In this document: piece by piece, positions 48,916-58,290 of the stretch
Position numbering within the stretch: the stretch's first letter is position 1
Layout of the letters: every line of letters starts with the position of its first letter
Virus record (IMG/VR): IMGVR_UViG_3300025849_000010
Coordinates: 32,001-96,000 of that record
Direction: 5' to 3' (one strand)
Source of the DNA: a virus
DNA: 64,000 bases
The notes under the pieces: generated by a model
Seen by the model: the letters and a program-made list of their open reading frames with translations, nothing else
Databases searched by the model: none
What the model was told of the DNA's origin: nothing
Program-made: the position numbers and the translations under genes

Positions 48916-49950
48916 ATGAAAGTATTTGACATTGTAAACGAAACAAGATATCGAGTTAGTGAATTCCCTGGATTTGTTTGGGATGACGCAGCTGAGATGT
49001 TAACTCGTCCTGATGGCACAACAGTAAAAGCTACTAGTGCTGATGATGCAAGAAGAGCCGCAAGAACCTGGAATGCCAGAACAGCTAGACTACAATCGCC
49101 AAATGCTAAGTGGAGAAATTTTAAGCGAAGTGCTAATAATCCAGCTCTCAAGTTGGAAAACATGGATAATGCTTTTGCAAAATGGTCAACACGTTTACAA
49201 CGTATACCTGGCATTGGTAAAATTAAATGGATATTCTTATTAAATGATCTGTTTGCTGATATGGCCGGGATTGCTACAGCCGTCATTGAAGAAGAAAATG
49301 AACGTGCAGAAGCAGCAGGCGAAGAATTTGACACAGTAGAAGTTACTAGTTTAATTTCAGCAGCTATATGGACACACCTTAAAGAAGTATTTCCTGCGAT
49401 AGCAAGATCAGCAGCAGTGTTTATTACAACTATATGGGCAAGTACAAAAATATTGACAAGAGTTATTAACTCAATTATGTGGGTAGTTAGAGGATTTGGT
49501 CTTGCAACTGGACCTGGCGCTCCGATAGTTTGGTTAGGAACTTTTGCTGCACAGATTGGCCTAAGTTGGTTTATGACAACTGATTACGGCAAACAAAAAA
49601 TGCGTGACGCATGGATTTGGACACTTGAAGCATTGCTTCCAGGAGTAATAGGTTTAGCAGCGTCTATAGCAGTTAAAGCAGGGTTCGAATCTGCTGAAGG
49701 ACTGTCAGATGCGGCTCGTGCAGCTAGCGAAACTGTAGCAGATACACTAAAAACTCAAATGGAATCACAAGCTGAAACTATACTAAACGGTATGGATGAA
49801 TTTGGTGGCGGAGTAAGTGAAGACGATGTTCAAGACATGCCGCAGGAAATTCAAGATAGACTTAATCAACAAGAACAACCAGATGCTGCACCAACTCCAG
49901 CAGCAGCAAATCAAAGTTTTAAAGACATTGTAGGCGCTGGTACTTGGTAA
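48916..49950 (+). CDS. Hypothetical late protein with hydrophobic helices and acidic C-terminus
   Basis: 344 aa; TAAATA at 48880-85 and AGGA SD; hydrophobic stretches around aa 160-250. Confidence 0.65.
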   Translation: MKVFDIVNETRYRVSEFPGFVWDDAAEMLTRPDGTTVKATSADDARRAARTWNARTARLQSPNAKWRNFKRSANNPALKLENMDNAFAKWSTRLQRIPGIGKIKWIFLLNDLFADMAGIATAVIEEENERAEAAGEEFDTVEVTSLISAAIWTHLKEVFPAIARSAAVFITTIWASTKILTRVINSIMWVVRGFGLATGPGAPIVWLGTFAAQIGLSWFMTTDYGKQKMRDAWIWTLEALLPGVIGLAASIAVKAGFESAEGLSDAARAASETVADTLKTQMESQAETILNGMDEFGGGVSEDDVQDMPQEIQDRLNQQEQPDAAPTPAAANQSFKDIVGAGTW

Positions 49951-49951
49951 T

Positions 49952-50188
49952 TTAAATTAACGGCATTCCGGCCTTATTGGTATTTTCCCAATTTTCTTTG
50001 ATAATTTTATTAAGGATAGCCTTGTCGGCTACATCGATATAATACATTAGGTCTTGATACTGGACACCGCCTCGCATATACCATACCAATCGGTACATTT
50101 CGTCTTTGAGGCTTTTTTCTGTTTCTTCGTACTGTTCAAGAACTGCTTCGATATCAGAGACTTCGAGATTACCTATTAGCTTCCGAAA
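49952..50188 (-). CDS. 78-codon ORF in the -1 frame of the gp26-like gene (gp51-like position; likely frameshift extension)
   Basis: FRKLIGNLEVSDIEAVLEQYEETEKSLKDEMYRLVWYMRGGVQYQDLMYYIDVADKAILNKIIKENWENTNKAGMPLI*; fills the gap exactly; absent from the ORF track. Confidence 0.7.
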   Translation of the reverse strand, partial: FRKLIGNLEVSDIEAVLEQYEETEKSLKDEMYRLVWYMRGGVQYQDLMYYIDVADKAILNKIIKENWENTNKAGMPLI

Positions 50189-51003
50189 AAACTTGAATCA
50201 TCCATTGTGAACAACTGCGTGTAACCTTTAGCGCACTCACCGCACTTGACCTCTAGCGGTTTTATTTGCTGATCTTCGTTATTTTTTTCAATTGTCTTTT
50301 TTAACAGTTCAAAATATTCTCTATCACTTGTTAAAATAAAATCTCTTATTTGTGCTGGATCGTATTCTGAACCATCAGGTGTGATAATTTCAACAACTTG
50401 TCCTGCAATACTTTCTTCAATTACTTGATTTAGTTTTTTATATGCAGTGTATTCAATTTCTCGCTGTTGTTCAACAGTTAGGTCTTTTTGGCTAGCAGTT
50501 TGTGCTATCAAACGCTGAGTTTCAAAAGATACTTTTTCTATAGCAGTGTATGCATCGTAAGTTAACGGATTAAGTTTAAAAGTTAGCTCGTGCATTTTAA
50601 CAGTTTCTAAATACTTGCGATCACTAAGACTTTCTAAGATGTGTCCTAAAATTACTTCGTGTTTGTTTCCCTCACCACAATGTGGACAAGAACTGTGTTG
50701 ATTATATTTTTCTCCGTAGGATGCTATGCGTATTGCTACTAACAAAAATTCGATGTCTATTATAGAAATATTGCCTGGCTCAACAATACTAGGAATACAT
50801 GACTTAATTAGATTCTTAGTTGCTAGTCCACTTAACAATGCTTCTGGATTTTTCATCATAAGTTCATCAGCACCCGACATTGAGTAAATCGGTACTTCTT
50901 TGAATGTACTATTACTAGTGCCTTCTTTTACAAATCTAAATTGTGATGGAATATCAACAAAGATTTTTGGCTGTCTTTTGTGCTTGGTTAAAACCGAACT
51001 CAT
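50176..51003 (-). CDS. Baseplate hub / tail assembly chaperone, T4 gp26-like
   Basis: MSGADELMMKNPEALL..IKSCIP..DIEFLLVAIRIASYGE, CPHC...CGEC, ends SSFFGS. Confidence 0.8.
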   Translation of the reverse strand: MSSVLTKHKRQPKIFVDIPSQFRFVKEGTSNSTFKEVPIYSMSGADELMMKNPEALLSGLATKNLIKSCIPSIVEPGNISIIDIEFLLVAIRIASYGEKYNQHSSCPHCGEGNKHEVILGHILESLSDRKYLETVKMHELTFKLNPLTYDAYTAIEKVSFETQRLIAQTASQKDLTVEQQREIEYTAYKKLNQVIEESIAGQVVEIITPDGSEYDPAQIRDFILTSDREYFELLKKTIEKNNEDQQIKPLEVKCGECAKGYTQLFTMDDSSFFGS

Positions 51004-51022
51004 CGTGTAATTCTCCTAAGGA

Positions 51023-51064
51023 TAAATATATAAAAGTATTTATGCGACATAAAGTACGCATATA
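51023..51064. promoter_or_regulatory. Divergent late promoters plus AAGTACGCATATA motif
   Basis: TAAATA on + at 51023-28, on - at 51037-42, motif at 51052-64. Confidence 0.6.
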
Positions 51065-51087
51065 TCATTACTGATTAAGGAAAATTT

Positions 51088-53079
51088 ATGTCAGACGCAG
51101 CAGACAGTCAAGCACAACAAGACGACATTCGTAAAAATACTAGAGCTATTCAAGGTTGGACTAGTGCGCTGTCGGGCGCAGTTACTGGCGCTAGTCAGTT
51201 TGCTGGCGCTCTTGTATCCGGGTCTACAAAGATCGCAGACTACACTGGTGCGCTTGGAACTATGGCAAAGGCACTTCCTATTCCAGGAATGGGCGCTCTA
51301 TCTGATGGATTAAACAAAGCAGCATCAGTTATAGACGAGATGAATGCTGGCTACAAATCACTTAGTAGATCAGGATTTTCTTTAAGAGGCTCATTGTCGG
51401 GCACAGCACTTGCAGCATCAGATGCTGGATACAGTGTAGCAGAATTAGGCAAGTTTGCAGAAGCTAATGCTAAACAGTTAAGAATAATGGGCGGAACAGG
51501 CGGCCGCGCAACAGCAATGTTTGCACGAATGAGTGGTGACTTTGCAAACAGCTCAGAAAATTATGTAAAAGGTCTATCAGCAATTGGCTACAGCAACGAA
51601 GAAATAAACGAATCTCTAGTTAATTTTGCATCAATTAATAGATTGCAGTTTTTAGAAAACGTAAGAACTGGAACTAGTCAAAATAGATCAGCTATGGCCT
51701 TTGCAGTGTCGATGGATAGAATGGCAACGCTAACTAACCAAAGTAGAAAAGAACTTGCAAAGAAAATGGAAGAAGATAGACGCAATGGTCGAGTGCAAGC
51801 ATTCCTTGCTGGTCTAAATAAAGAGCAACAAGTAGTGTTTAACGAAGGCCTGCAAATGGCAAAACAAAACGGACCGTTAGCAGCAAAAGCATACGAAGAT
51901 ATGATGATGCAAGCATCTCTAACAGGAGAAAGTGCAAATGCAGCAGCAGTGTATGGTAGCGAGTATATAGACAATTTAGCAGGACTACGTCAGCGATTGT
52001 TTAGTATTGAAGCAGGAGACAAAGCTGCCGGCGAAGCGTTTAGAACACAATCATTAGTCGTACAAGGCGAAGCAATGGATGCATTGCGTAGTCAAGGTAA
52101 TATACAATTAGGTATGCTTAGAGGGAATGGTGGGATAATAAAAGATATCCAAGATGCCCTTGCCGGAAGCGTAGACATGTATGATCAAATTTCGTTAGTA
52201 CAAGCACAATCTAGTACATCACTAACTAGCGCACAAGCTAGACTTCGAATGATGCAAATGACTGACCAAGAGTTAAGACAAGCAGGATTAACTAAAGATG
52301 CAGAAGGTAACATTAAAGTAGCAGGAGCAGCTGATGCTGCAACAGATGCAGTTAGCTCGTTTGAATCGACGATGGCAACTGCTTCTCGAGCAGTACGAAC
52401 AGAATTAATAACTACACTGTTAGGACCAGCAGGAGTTGGTGAAGAACTACGAGAATTTGCTAGAGATTTAGATTCGACTAGAGTAAAAGTTACTGCCGAA
52501 ATTACAAAGTTTGGTACTACCTTTAGAGATGAAGCTACTAGGATAGCAGGTGCATATAACACTCCTAACGTCGAAGCTGGAGTATTAACTGGTCAAGCAG
52601 CAGTGCAAGCAGCAACTAATCGAGGTAATAGTCAAGAAGCTAACCAAACTGGCAGTATACCGAACAACGAAACAAGTAACGGAGCTCGTCCAAATAATCC
52701 TAGTACTGATAACAATATGTTTGGCGGCATGATGGATGCACTAAGACCAAGTATAGTAGGCGAGCGTGGACCTGAGTTTCTTATCCCAAAAGGTGCTAAC
52801 AATTTAATTGCAACTGCTCAAACAATGGCAAAACAAATTGCACCACAGATGCAACAAATGGCAGAACAGATGCGTCCACAAATGGAACAGATGGCTGCAC
52901 AATTTGAGCCACAATTAAAACAAATGGCAAGTCAATTTCAACAGAGCTCTCCAGAAATGGGCCAGCAGATGGAAGTTATGATGACACAACTAAACGGCAA
53001 GTTTGATCAATTGTTGAATGCATACAAAGACAACACACGCGAAATCAGACGAAGCGGCGGAAACGTATATAGGACATAA
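51088..53079 (+). CDS. Tape-measure-like tail protein
   Basis: 663 aa, Ala/Gly/Gln/Met-rich and helical; C-terminal IVGERGPE motif; adjacent to the chaperone gene. Confidence 0.65.
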   Translation: MSDAADSQAQQDDIRKNTRAIQGWTSALSGAVTGASQFAGALVSGSTKIADYTGALGTMAKALPIPGMGALSDGLNKAASVIDEMNAGYKSLSRSGFSLRGSLSGTALAASDAGYSVAELGKFAEANAKQLRIMGGTGGRATAMFARMSGDFANSSENYVKGLSAIGYSNEEINESLVNFASINRLQFLENVRTGTSQNRSAMAFAVSMDRMATLTNQSRKELAKKMEEDRRNGRVQAFLAGLNKEQQVVFNEGLQMAKQNGPLAAKAYEDMMMQASLTGESANAAAVYGSEYIDNLAGLRQRLFSIEAGDKAAGEAFRTQSLVVQGEAMDALRSQGNIQLGMLRGNGGIIKDIQDALAGSVDMYDQISLVQAQSSTSLTSAQARLRMMQMTDQELRQAGLTKDAEGNIKVAGAADAATDAVSSFESTMATASRAVRTELITTLLGPAGVGEELREFARDLDSTRVKVTAEITKFGTTFRDEATRIAGAYNTPNVEAGVLTGQAAVQAATNRGNSQEANQTGSIPNNETSNGARPNNPSTDNNMFGGMMDALRPSIVGERGPEFLIPKGANNLIATAQTMAKQIAPQMQQMAEQMRPQMEQMAAQFEPQLKQMASQFQQSSPEMGQQMEVMMTQLNGKFDQLLNAYKDNTREIRRSGGNVYRT

Positions 53080-53087
53080 GTAATAAC

Positions 53088-54833
53088 ATGAGCTGGAAAA
53101 AATATTTTACACCTGTACCAACAGGAAATCAAGAAGGAACATATAGCCCGTTAGGTAACGGCGCTAATGCTAGTCGACCAGGGCCGGCACGTTCAAATTA
53201 TTCAAGCTACTTACCAGATGTATATACTGGTAGTCCAAATCGTGTTGAACGCTATGGTCAGTACGAAACAATGGACAGCGACAGTGAAGTTAATGCTGCA
53301 CTAGACATTTTAGCAGAATTTTGCACACAAAAGAATACAAGCAATAAAACTCCATTTGCTTTAGACTTTAAAGAAAAAGCTACGAATTCTGAAATTAGAA
53401 TTCTAAAGCAGTACTTACAGCAATGGAGTAAGTTACAAAACTTCGAAACTCGCATTTTCCGTATATTACGTAATGTATTCAAATACGGTGATGCATTTTT
53501 TATTAGAGATCCAGAAACTAAAAAATGGTTTTATGTTGATCCAGCAAAAGTTACTAAAATCATTGTTAATGAAAGTGAAGGCAAAAAGCCTGAGCAGTAT
53601 GTTGTTAAAGACCTTAACATTAATTTTGGCAACTTAGTTGCTACTACACTAAGCACTGATCCGGGCGGATCAACTAGTTCTGGTCATTCAGGATACTTCC
53701 AAGGCGGCGCGAAAGGTATGGCAGGTTCTGCTCCAAGTAGCGCATCAACTGGTTCACGTTTTGAAACATCACAACAAGAAGTTGCAGTTGATGCTGAACA
53801 CGTTGTGCATTTAAGTTTATCAGAAGGACTAGACAACAACTATCCATTTGGTAACAGTTTACTTGAAACAATCTTTAAAGTATACAAGCAAAAAGAATTG
53901 CTTGAAGATGCTATTATTATCTATCGTGTACAACGTGCGCCAGAACGTAGAGTATTTTATGTAGACGTAGGCAACATGCCAAGTCACCTTGCTATGAACT
54001 TTGTTGAACGTGTTAAGAACGAAATTCATCAAAGACGTATTCCGTCACAAACAGGCGGCGGCACTAATGTTATTGACAGTAGTTACAATCCGTTGTCAAT
54101 CAACGAAGACTACTTCTTTCCACAAACAGCTGAAGGACGTGGTTCTAAAGTTGAAACACTGCCGGGCGGTACTAACCTTGGAGAGATTGACGATCTCAAA
54201 TACTTTACTAACAAACTAGTACGTGGACTGCGTATTCCTAGTAGCTACTTACCTACAGCAGCAGATGACGGACAAAGTCAGTTTAGTGACGGTCGTGTAG
54301 GAACAGCATACATTCAAGAGCTACGCTTTAATACCTACTGCGAACGCTTACAGAGCTTAGTACAAAGCAAGTTTGATGAAGAATTTAAATTATATATTCT
54401 TGAAAAAGGCGTAAATGTTGATACTAGTGTGTTTGAACTAGGATTTCAACCTCCTAAGAACTTTGCAAGCTATCGTCAAGCAGAACTAGATAACAACCGT
54501 ATTGGTACATTTACACAGTTACAACAGATTCCTTATATGAGCCAACGTTTTGCACTACAGCGTTTCTTAGGTCTTAGCGACGAAGAAATTGCAGAAAATG
54601 AAAGACTATGGCGAGAAGAAAATGATGAAAATCTAAATCTTCCAACTGATGCTAGCGGTGAACTAAGAAGCGCAGGCATCAGTGCAGGTGCTATTAGTGC
54701 AGACTTAGGAGCAGCCGAAACAGCAGCACCTGATGCAGAAGCAGCACCTGAAGCTGGCGCACTAGGTGATACAGGTGAAACTCCAGCAGCTGGCGCAGCG
54801 CCAACAGGTCCTGGCCCTGGCGAAAACGTATAA
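53088..54833 (+). CDS. Portal protein, T4 gp20-like
   Basis: LLEDAIIIYRVQRAPERRVFYVDVGNMP, EDYFFP..EGRGSKVETLPGG.NLGEIDD..YF..KL..GLRIP.S. Confidence 0.95.
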   Translation: MSWKKYFTPVPTGNQEGTYSPLGNGANASRPGPARSNYSSYLPDVYTGSPNRVERYGQYETMDSDSEVNAALDILAEFCTQKNTSNKTPFALDFKEKATNSEIRILKQYLQQWSKLQNFETRIFRILRNVFKYGDAFFIRDPETKKWFYVDPAKVTKIIVNESEGKKPEQYVVKDLNINFGNLVATTLSTDPGGSTSSGHSGYFQGGAKGMAGSAPSSASTGSRFETSQQEVAVDAEHVVHLSLSEGLDNNYPFGNSLLETIFKVYKQKELLEDAIIIYRVQRAPERRVFYVDVGNMPSHLAMNFVERVKNEIHQRRIPSQTGGGTNVIDSSYNPLSINEDYFFPQTAEGRGSKVETLPGGTNLGEIDDLKYFTNKLVRGLRIPSSYLPTAADDGQSQFSDGRVGTAYIQELRFNTYCERLQSLVQSKFDEEFKLYILEKGVNVDTSVFELGFQPPKNFASYRQAELDNNRIGTFTQLQQIPYMSQRFALQRFLGLSDEEIAENERLWREENDENLNLPTDASGELRSAGISAGAISADLGAAETAAPDAEAAPEAGALGDTGETPAAGAAPTGPGPGENV

Positions 54834-54849
54834 GAGGATAAATAATTAC

Positions 54850-55089
54850 ATGATACTTAGAGAACTCTTTTACTTTGATAAAGACACATTAGAAATGAGT
54901 AATGACGGACGTTATACTCCTGAAAACGATTCTGATGTGATCAAAAAAAGTGACACACGCAAAACACGATTAACTCTAGAACAGATTAATCAATTGCGTG
55001 TTGCTTCTGACCTACACGAACAAGAAAAAGAAGCAGAGCTAGAGTTTGTTAGACAAATGTACGGCGTACCAGCACAGCCAGGTATGTAA
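54850..55089 (+). CDS. Small conserved head-region protein
   Basis: MILRELF..DTRKTRLTLEQINQLR..VRQMYG; ATG 54850 preferred over the start overlapping the portal gene. Confidence 0.65.
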   Translation: MILRELFYFDKDTLEMSNDGRYTPENDSDVIKKSDTRKTRLTLEQINQLRVASDLHEQEKEAELEFVRQMYGVPAQPGM

Positions 55090-55691
55090 TGTTATCCTTT
55101 GTATTAGGTAACGGAAACTCACGAAAAGAATTTAATGTAAAGCACTACAAGCAATATGGAAACATATATGGCTGTAATGCAATTTATCGCGACGAATTAG
55201 TTGACTATCTAGTTGCAGTAGATCCACCCATGGTTCAAGAGATAATTGACAATAAGGCTCATCTTTTAACCAAGTTCTATACTAGAGAACATAGGCGCTT
55301 TACTGAAATTCCCAATATAAACATTATTCCAAAACGACTAGGATGGAGTAGCGGTCCTACAGCATTATGGCTTGCTAGTCATAATAAATCATCAAGTATC
55401 TGTTTAGTAGGATTTGATTTTCAAAGTAATATAAATACTATTAATAACATATACAGCGGAACTAAAAACTACAAGCCTACAGAAAGCCCAGCAACCTATT
55501 TTGGCAACTGGATTAAGCAGGTACAACTAACTGTTAGGGATAATCCTAACATAAATTATTATAGGTTAATAACGAAAGAACATAGGTTTACACCCCCGGA
55601 ATTATTAAGATATCCTAATTTTTCCAATATCACATACGAAAAATTGCTTGAAAAATTTAAAATGGCTCGTTTTGAGCCTATTTCAGAGTAG
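55089..55691 (+). CDS. Hypothetical protein, Maf/sialyltransferase-like (DUF115-type) fold
   Basis: FVLGNGNSR, YGCNAIYRD, AVD, SSGPTA..LA, LVGFD pattern. Confidence 0.5.
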   Translation: MLSFVLGNGNSRKEFNVKHYKQYGNIYGCNAIYRDELVDYLVAVDPPMVQEIIDNKAHLLTKFYTREHRRFTEIPNINIIPKRLGWSSGPTALWLASHNKSSSICLVGFDFQSNINTINNIYSGTKNYKPTESPATYFGNWIKQVQLTVRDNPNINYYRLITKEHRFTPPELLRYPNFSNITYEKLLEKFKMARFEPISE

Positions 55692-55757
55692 TTTATTGTA
55701 TAGATAGTAAATACTTATTGACAGCCTTGTAATATTACGAACATATAGGAGAGAACA

Positions 55758-56528
55758 ATGACTGATCGTACAAAATTTGAAAAAATGCTTGAACTCCTTA
55801 TCAACGAAGACCGTGACGCAGCTGAAGAGCTATTTCACGAGATTGTTGTAGAGAAATCAAGAGATATTTATGAAGGTCTACTAGAAACTGATCTAGAAGA
55901 CGAAGACATCGACGAAGCTACTGATGAAGAAGCGGATGAAGATGAAGAAGCAGTTGAAGAATCAACTGACGAAGAATTAGACGAATTTGAAATCGAAGCT
56001 GGAGATCCAGCAGACGATATGATCGCTGACATCGAAATGGGTGATGGCGATGATGAAGAGGCAGATATGGACGACGAAGGCGACGAAGGCGAAGAAGCTG
56101 GAGAAGAAGAAATCGAAGACCGTATTGAAGACCTCGAAGATGCCCTAGACGAGCTATCAAGAGAATTCCAAGCAATGCTCGGCGGTGACGAAGAAGCACC
56201 AGCTGATGACATGGAAGGCGACATGGCAGACATGGGCGACGAAGCAGGTGAAGATGACATGGAAGAAGAATCTTTCGAGTTTGAATCAACTGAAACAGAC
56301 GGCGAACAGCTAGACGAGTACACGCAAAAAGTTGCTGAGCCAAAAGGCGAAGACAACAAAGCAACATCACCAGTAGCTAAAAAGAACGATATGGGCGGCA
56401 CTGCTGCAAACATCGCAAAAGGTTCTGCAGAAGAAAAGGGCAGCAAAGCTGCTGCTGCTAAAGTAGACGATGCTGGCAATGTAAATAAATCAGGTAACGC
56501 AAAAGCACCTGGTTACTCAAAAGCGTAA
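55758..56528 (+). CDS. Highly acidic prohead core-like protein
   Basis: D/E-rich 256 aa directly before the prohead protease; TAAATA at 55708-13 and AGGAG SD. Confidence 0.65.
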   Translation: MTDRTKFEKMLELLINEDRDAAEELFHEIVVEKSRDIYEGLLETDLEDEDIDEATDEEADEDEEAVEESTDEELDEFEIEAGDPADDMIADIEMGDGDDEEADMDDEGDEGEEAGEEEIEDRIEDLEDALDELSREFQAMLGGDEEAPADDMEGDMADMGDEAGEDDMEEESFEFESTETDGEQLDEYTQKVAEPKGEDNKATSPVAKKNDMGGTAANIAKGSAEEKGSKAAAAKVDDAGNVNKSGNAKAPGYSKA

Positions 56529-56547
56529 GCCTAAGGAGAACTTGAAG

Positions 56548-57171
56548 ATGAATGTACTCCAAGAGAATTTGACATTTGATCAAGCGAATATGATCGTTGA
56601 GACTGCTGAAGAAGGAAAAGATCTTCACATGAGCGGTATCTTCATCCAAGGTGGTGTAAGAAATGCCAATCAGCGTGTTTATCCTGTAAACGAAATCGGC
56701 AGGGCTGTCAAAACTCTTAACGAGCAGATCGAGGGGGGATATTCAGTTCTTGGCGAAGTAGATCATCCGCAAGGTCTTAATGTAAACTTAGATCGTGTAA
56801 GCCATATGATCACAAAAATGTGGATGGATGGCCCAAACGGTTATGGAAAACTAAAACTTATTCCAACACCAATGGGGTCTCTAGTAAAAACAATGCTAGA
56901 GGCCGGTGTTAAACTTGGTGTAAGTTCGAGAGGTTCCGGGAACGTAAGTGAAGACGGTTCCGGAGAGGTTAGCGACTTTGAAATTATTACAGTTGATGTA
57001 GTTGCTCAACCAAGTGCTCCAGGTGCCTACCCTACACCAATTTATGAGCATCTTATGAATACCACGGGTGGGTATAAGGCATTTAGAACAGCACAAGAAC
57101 TTAGGGAAGATACTAAGGCACAACAATATCTTAAGAATCAGTTGGTGAATATCATCAACGGGCTCCGATAA
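56548..57171 (+). CDS. Prohead protease, T4 gp21-like
   Basis: GIFIQG..NANQRVYP, LGEVDHP, VSH, TPMG, LGVSSRGSG, DVVAQPSAPGAY. Confidence 0.93.
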   Translation: MNVLQENLTFDQANMIVETAEEGKDLHMSGIFIQGGVRNANQRVYPVNEIGRAVKTLNEQIEGGYSVLGEVDHPQGLNVNLDRVSHMITKMWMDGPNGYGKLKLIPTPMGSLVKTMLEAGVKLGVSSRGSGNVSEDGSGEVSDFEIITVDVVAQPSAPGAYPTPIYEHLMNTTGGYKAFRTAQELREDTKAQQYLKNQLVNIINGLR

Positions 57172-57185
57172 ACGAGGAGAAACAC

Positions 57186-58283
57186 ATGTTGGACGCATTA
57201 AAATCACTATTTGAAAACAATGTTGTTTCCGAAAGCGTGAGAGCGGAAATTGAAGAAGCGTGGAATGCAAAAGTTTCAGAAGCAAAGCAAAGTGCAGTGT
57301 CAGAACTGCGTGAAGAGTTTGCTCAGAAATATGCGCATGACAAGAACGTTATGGTAGAAGCTATCGATAAGTTAGTTGAAGACCGTCTTCAAATTGAAAT
57401 TTCAGAGTTTGCAGAAGACCGCAAACAGTTAGCTGAAGCAAAAGCAAAGTATGCAGTAGCAATGCGTGAAAACGCAGATCTACTAAAAGGCTTTGTAGTA
57501 GAATCACTAACTAAAGAAGTTTCAGAGTTACACGAAGATCAGAAAGTTATGGCTGAAAAATATGGTCAACTTGAAGAATTTGTAGTAGAAGCTCTAGCTA
57601 AGGAAATTGCAGAATTTCATACAGACAAAAAAGATCTAGCAGAAACTAAAGTTGCATTGATAAGAGAAGCGAAGGCTCAGTTTGCAAAAGTAAAAACTAC
57701 TTTTGTTAAAAAGAGTTCAGCTCTTGTTGCAGAAACAGTGGCAAAATCACTTAACAAAGAGATTAAAACACTGAAAGAAGATATCGATTCAGCACGTAGT
57801 AACGACTTCGGTCGTAAGATCTTTGAAGCGTTTGCATCAGAATACAATAACAGCTACCTTAATGAGAAATCAGAGGCAGCTAAACTTCTTAGAGTACTAA
57901 GTAAAAAAGACTTAGAGCTTGCAGAAGCGAAAGCAGCTATTGTAGAAAAAACTGCTTTGGTTGAAAGCAAACAGCGAGAAATTGCAGAAGCTAACAGCCA
58001 AATGATGCGAAAAGAAAAGCTTCAAGAACTCCTAGGCCCACTTAACGGTGAGCAAAAGGAAATTATGACAGACTTACTGGAATCAGTTCAGACTGCACGC
58101 CTAACAGCACAGTTTGAAAAGTACCTACCGGCGGTAATTGACGGTAAAACTCCAGCGAAGAAGAAGGCACTGACAGAAGGCAAAGAAATCACAGGCAACA
58201 AAGTTAATACTAGTATCAGTAGTGCAAAAGGCGAAACAGAAAATAATATTTTCGATATTCGTCGATTAGCAGGAATCAAATAA
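57186..58283 (+). CDS. Prohead scaffolding protein, gp22-like
   Basis: Charged coiled-coil protein between protease and capsid genes. Confidence 0.8.
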   Translation: MLDALKSLFENNVVSESVRAEIEEAWNAKVSEAKQSAVSELREEFAQKYAHDKNVMVEAIDKLVEDRLQIEISEFAEDRKQLAEAKAKYAVAMRENADLLKGFVVESLTKEVSELHEDQKVMAEKYGQLEEFVVEALAKEIAEFHTDKKDLAETKVALIREAKAQFAKVKTTFVKKSSALVAETVAKSLNKEIKTLKEDIDSARSNDFGRKIFEAFASEYNNSYLNEKSEAAKLLRVLSKKDLELAEAKAAIVEKTALVESKQREIAEANSQMMRKEKLQELLGPLNGEQKEIMTDLLESVQTARLTAQFEKYLPAVIDGKTPAKKKALTEGKEITGNKVNTSISSAKGETENNIFDIRRLAGIK

Positions 58284-58290
58284 GGAGAAC

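Noticed and set aside
55868-56479. 203-aa Ser-rich and 150-aa antisense ORFs
   Set aside because: Shadows of the GAA/GAC-rich acidic gene on the + strand.
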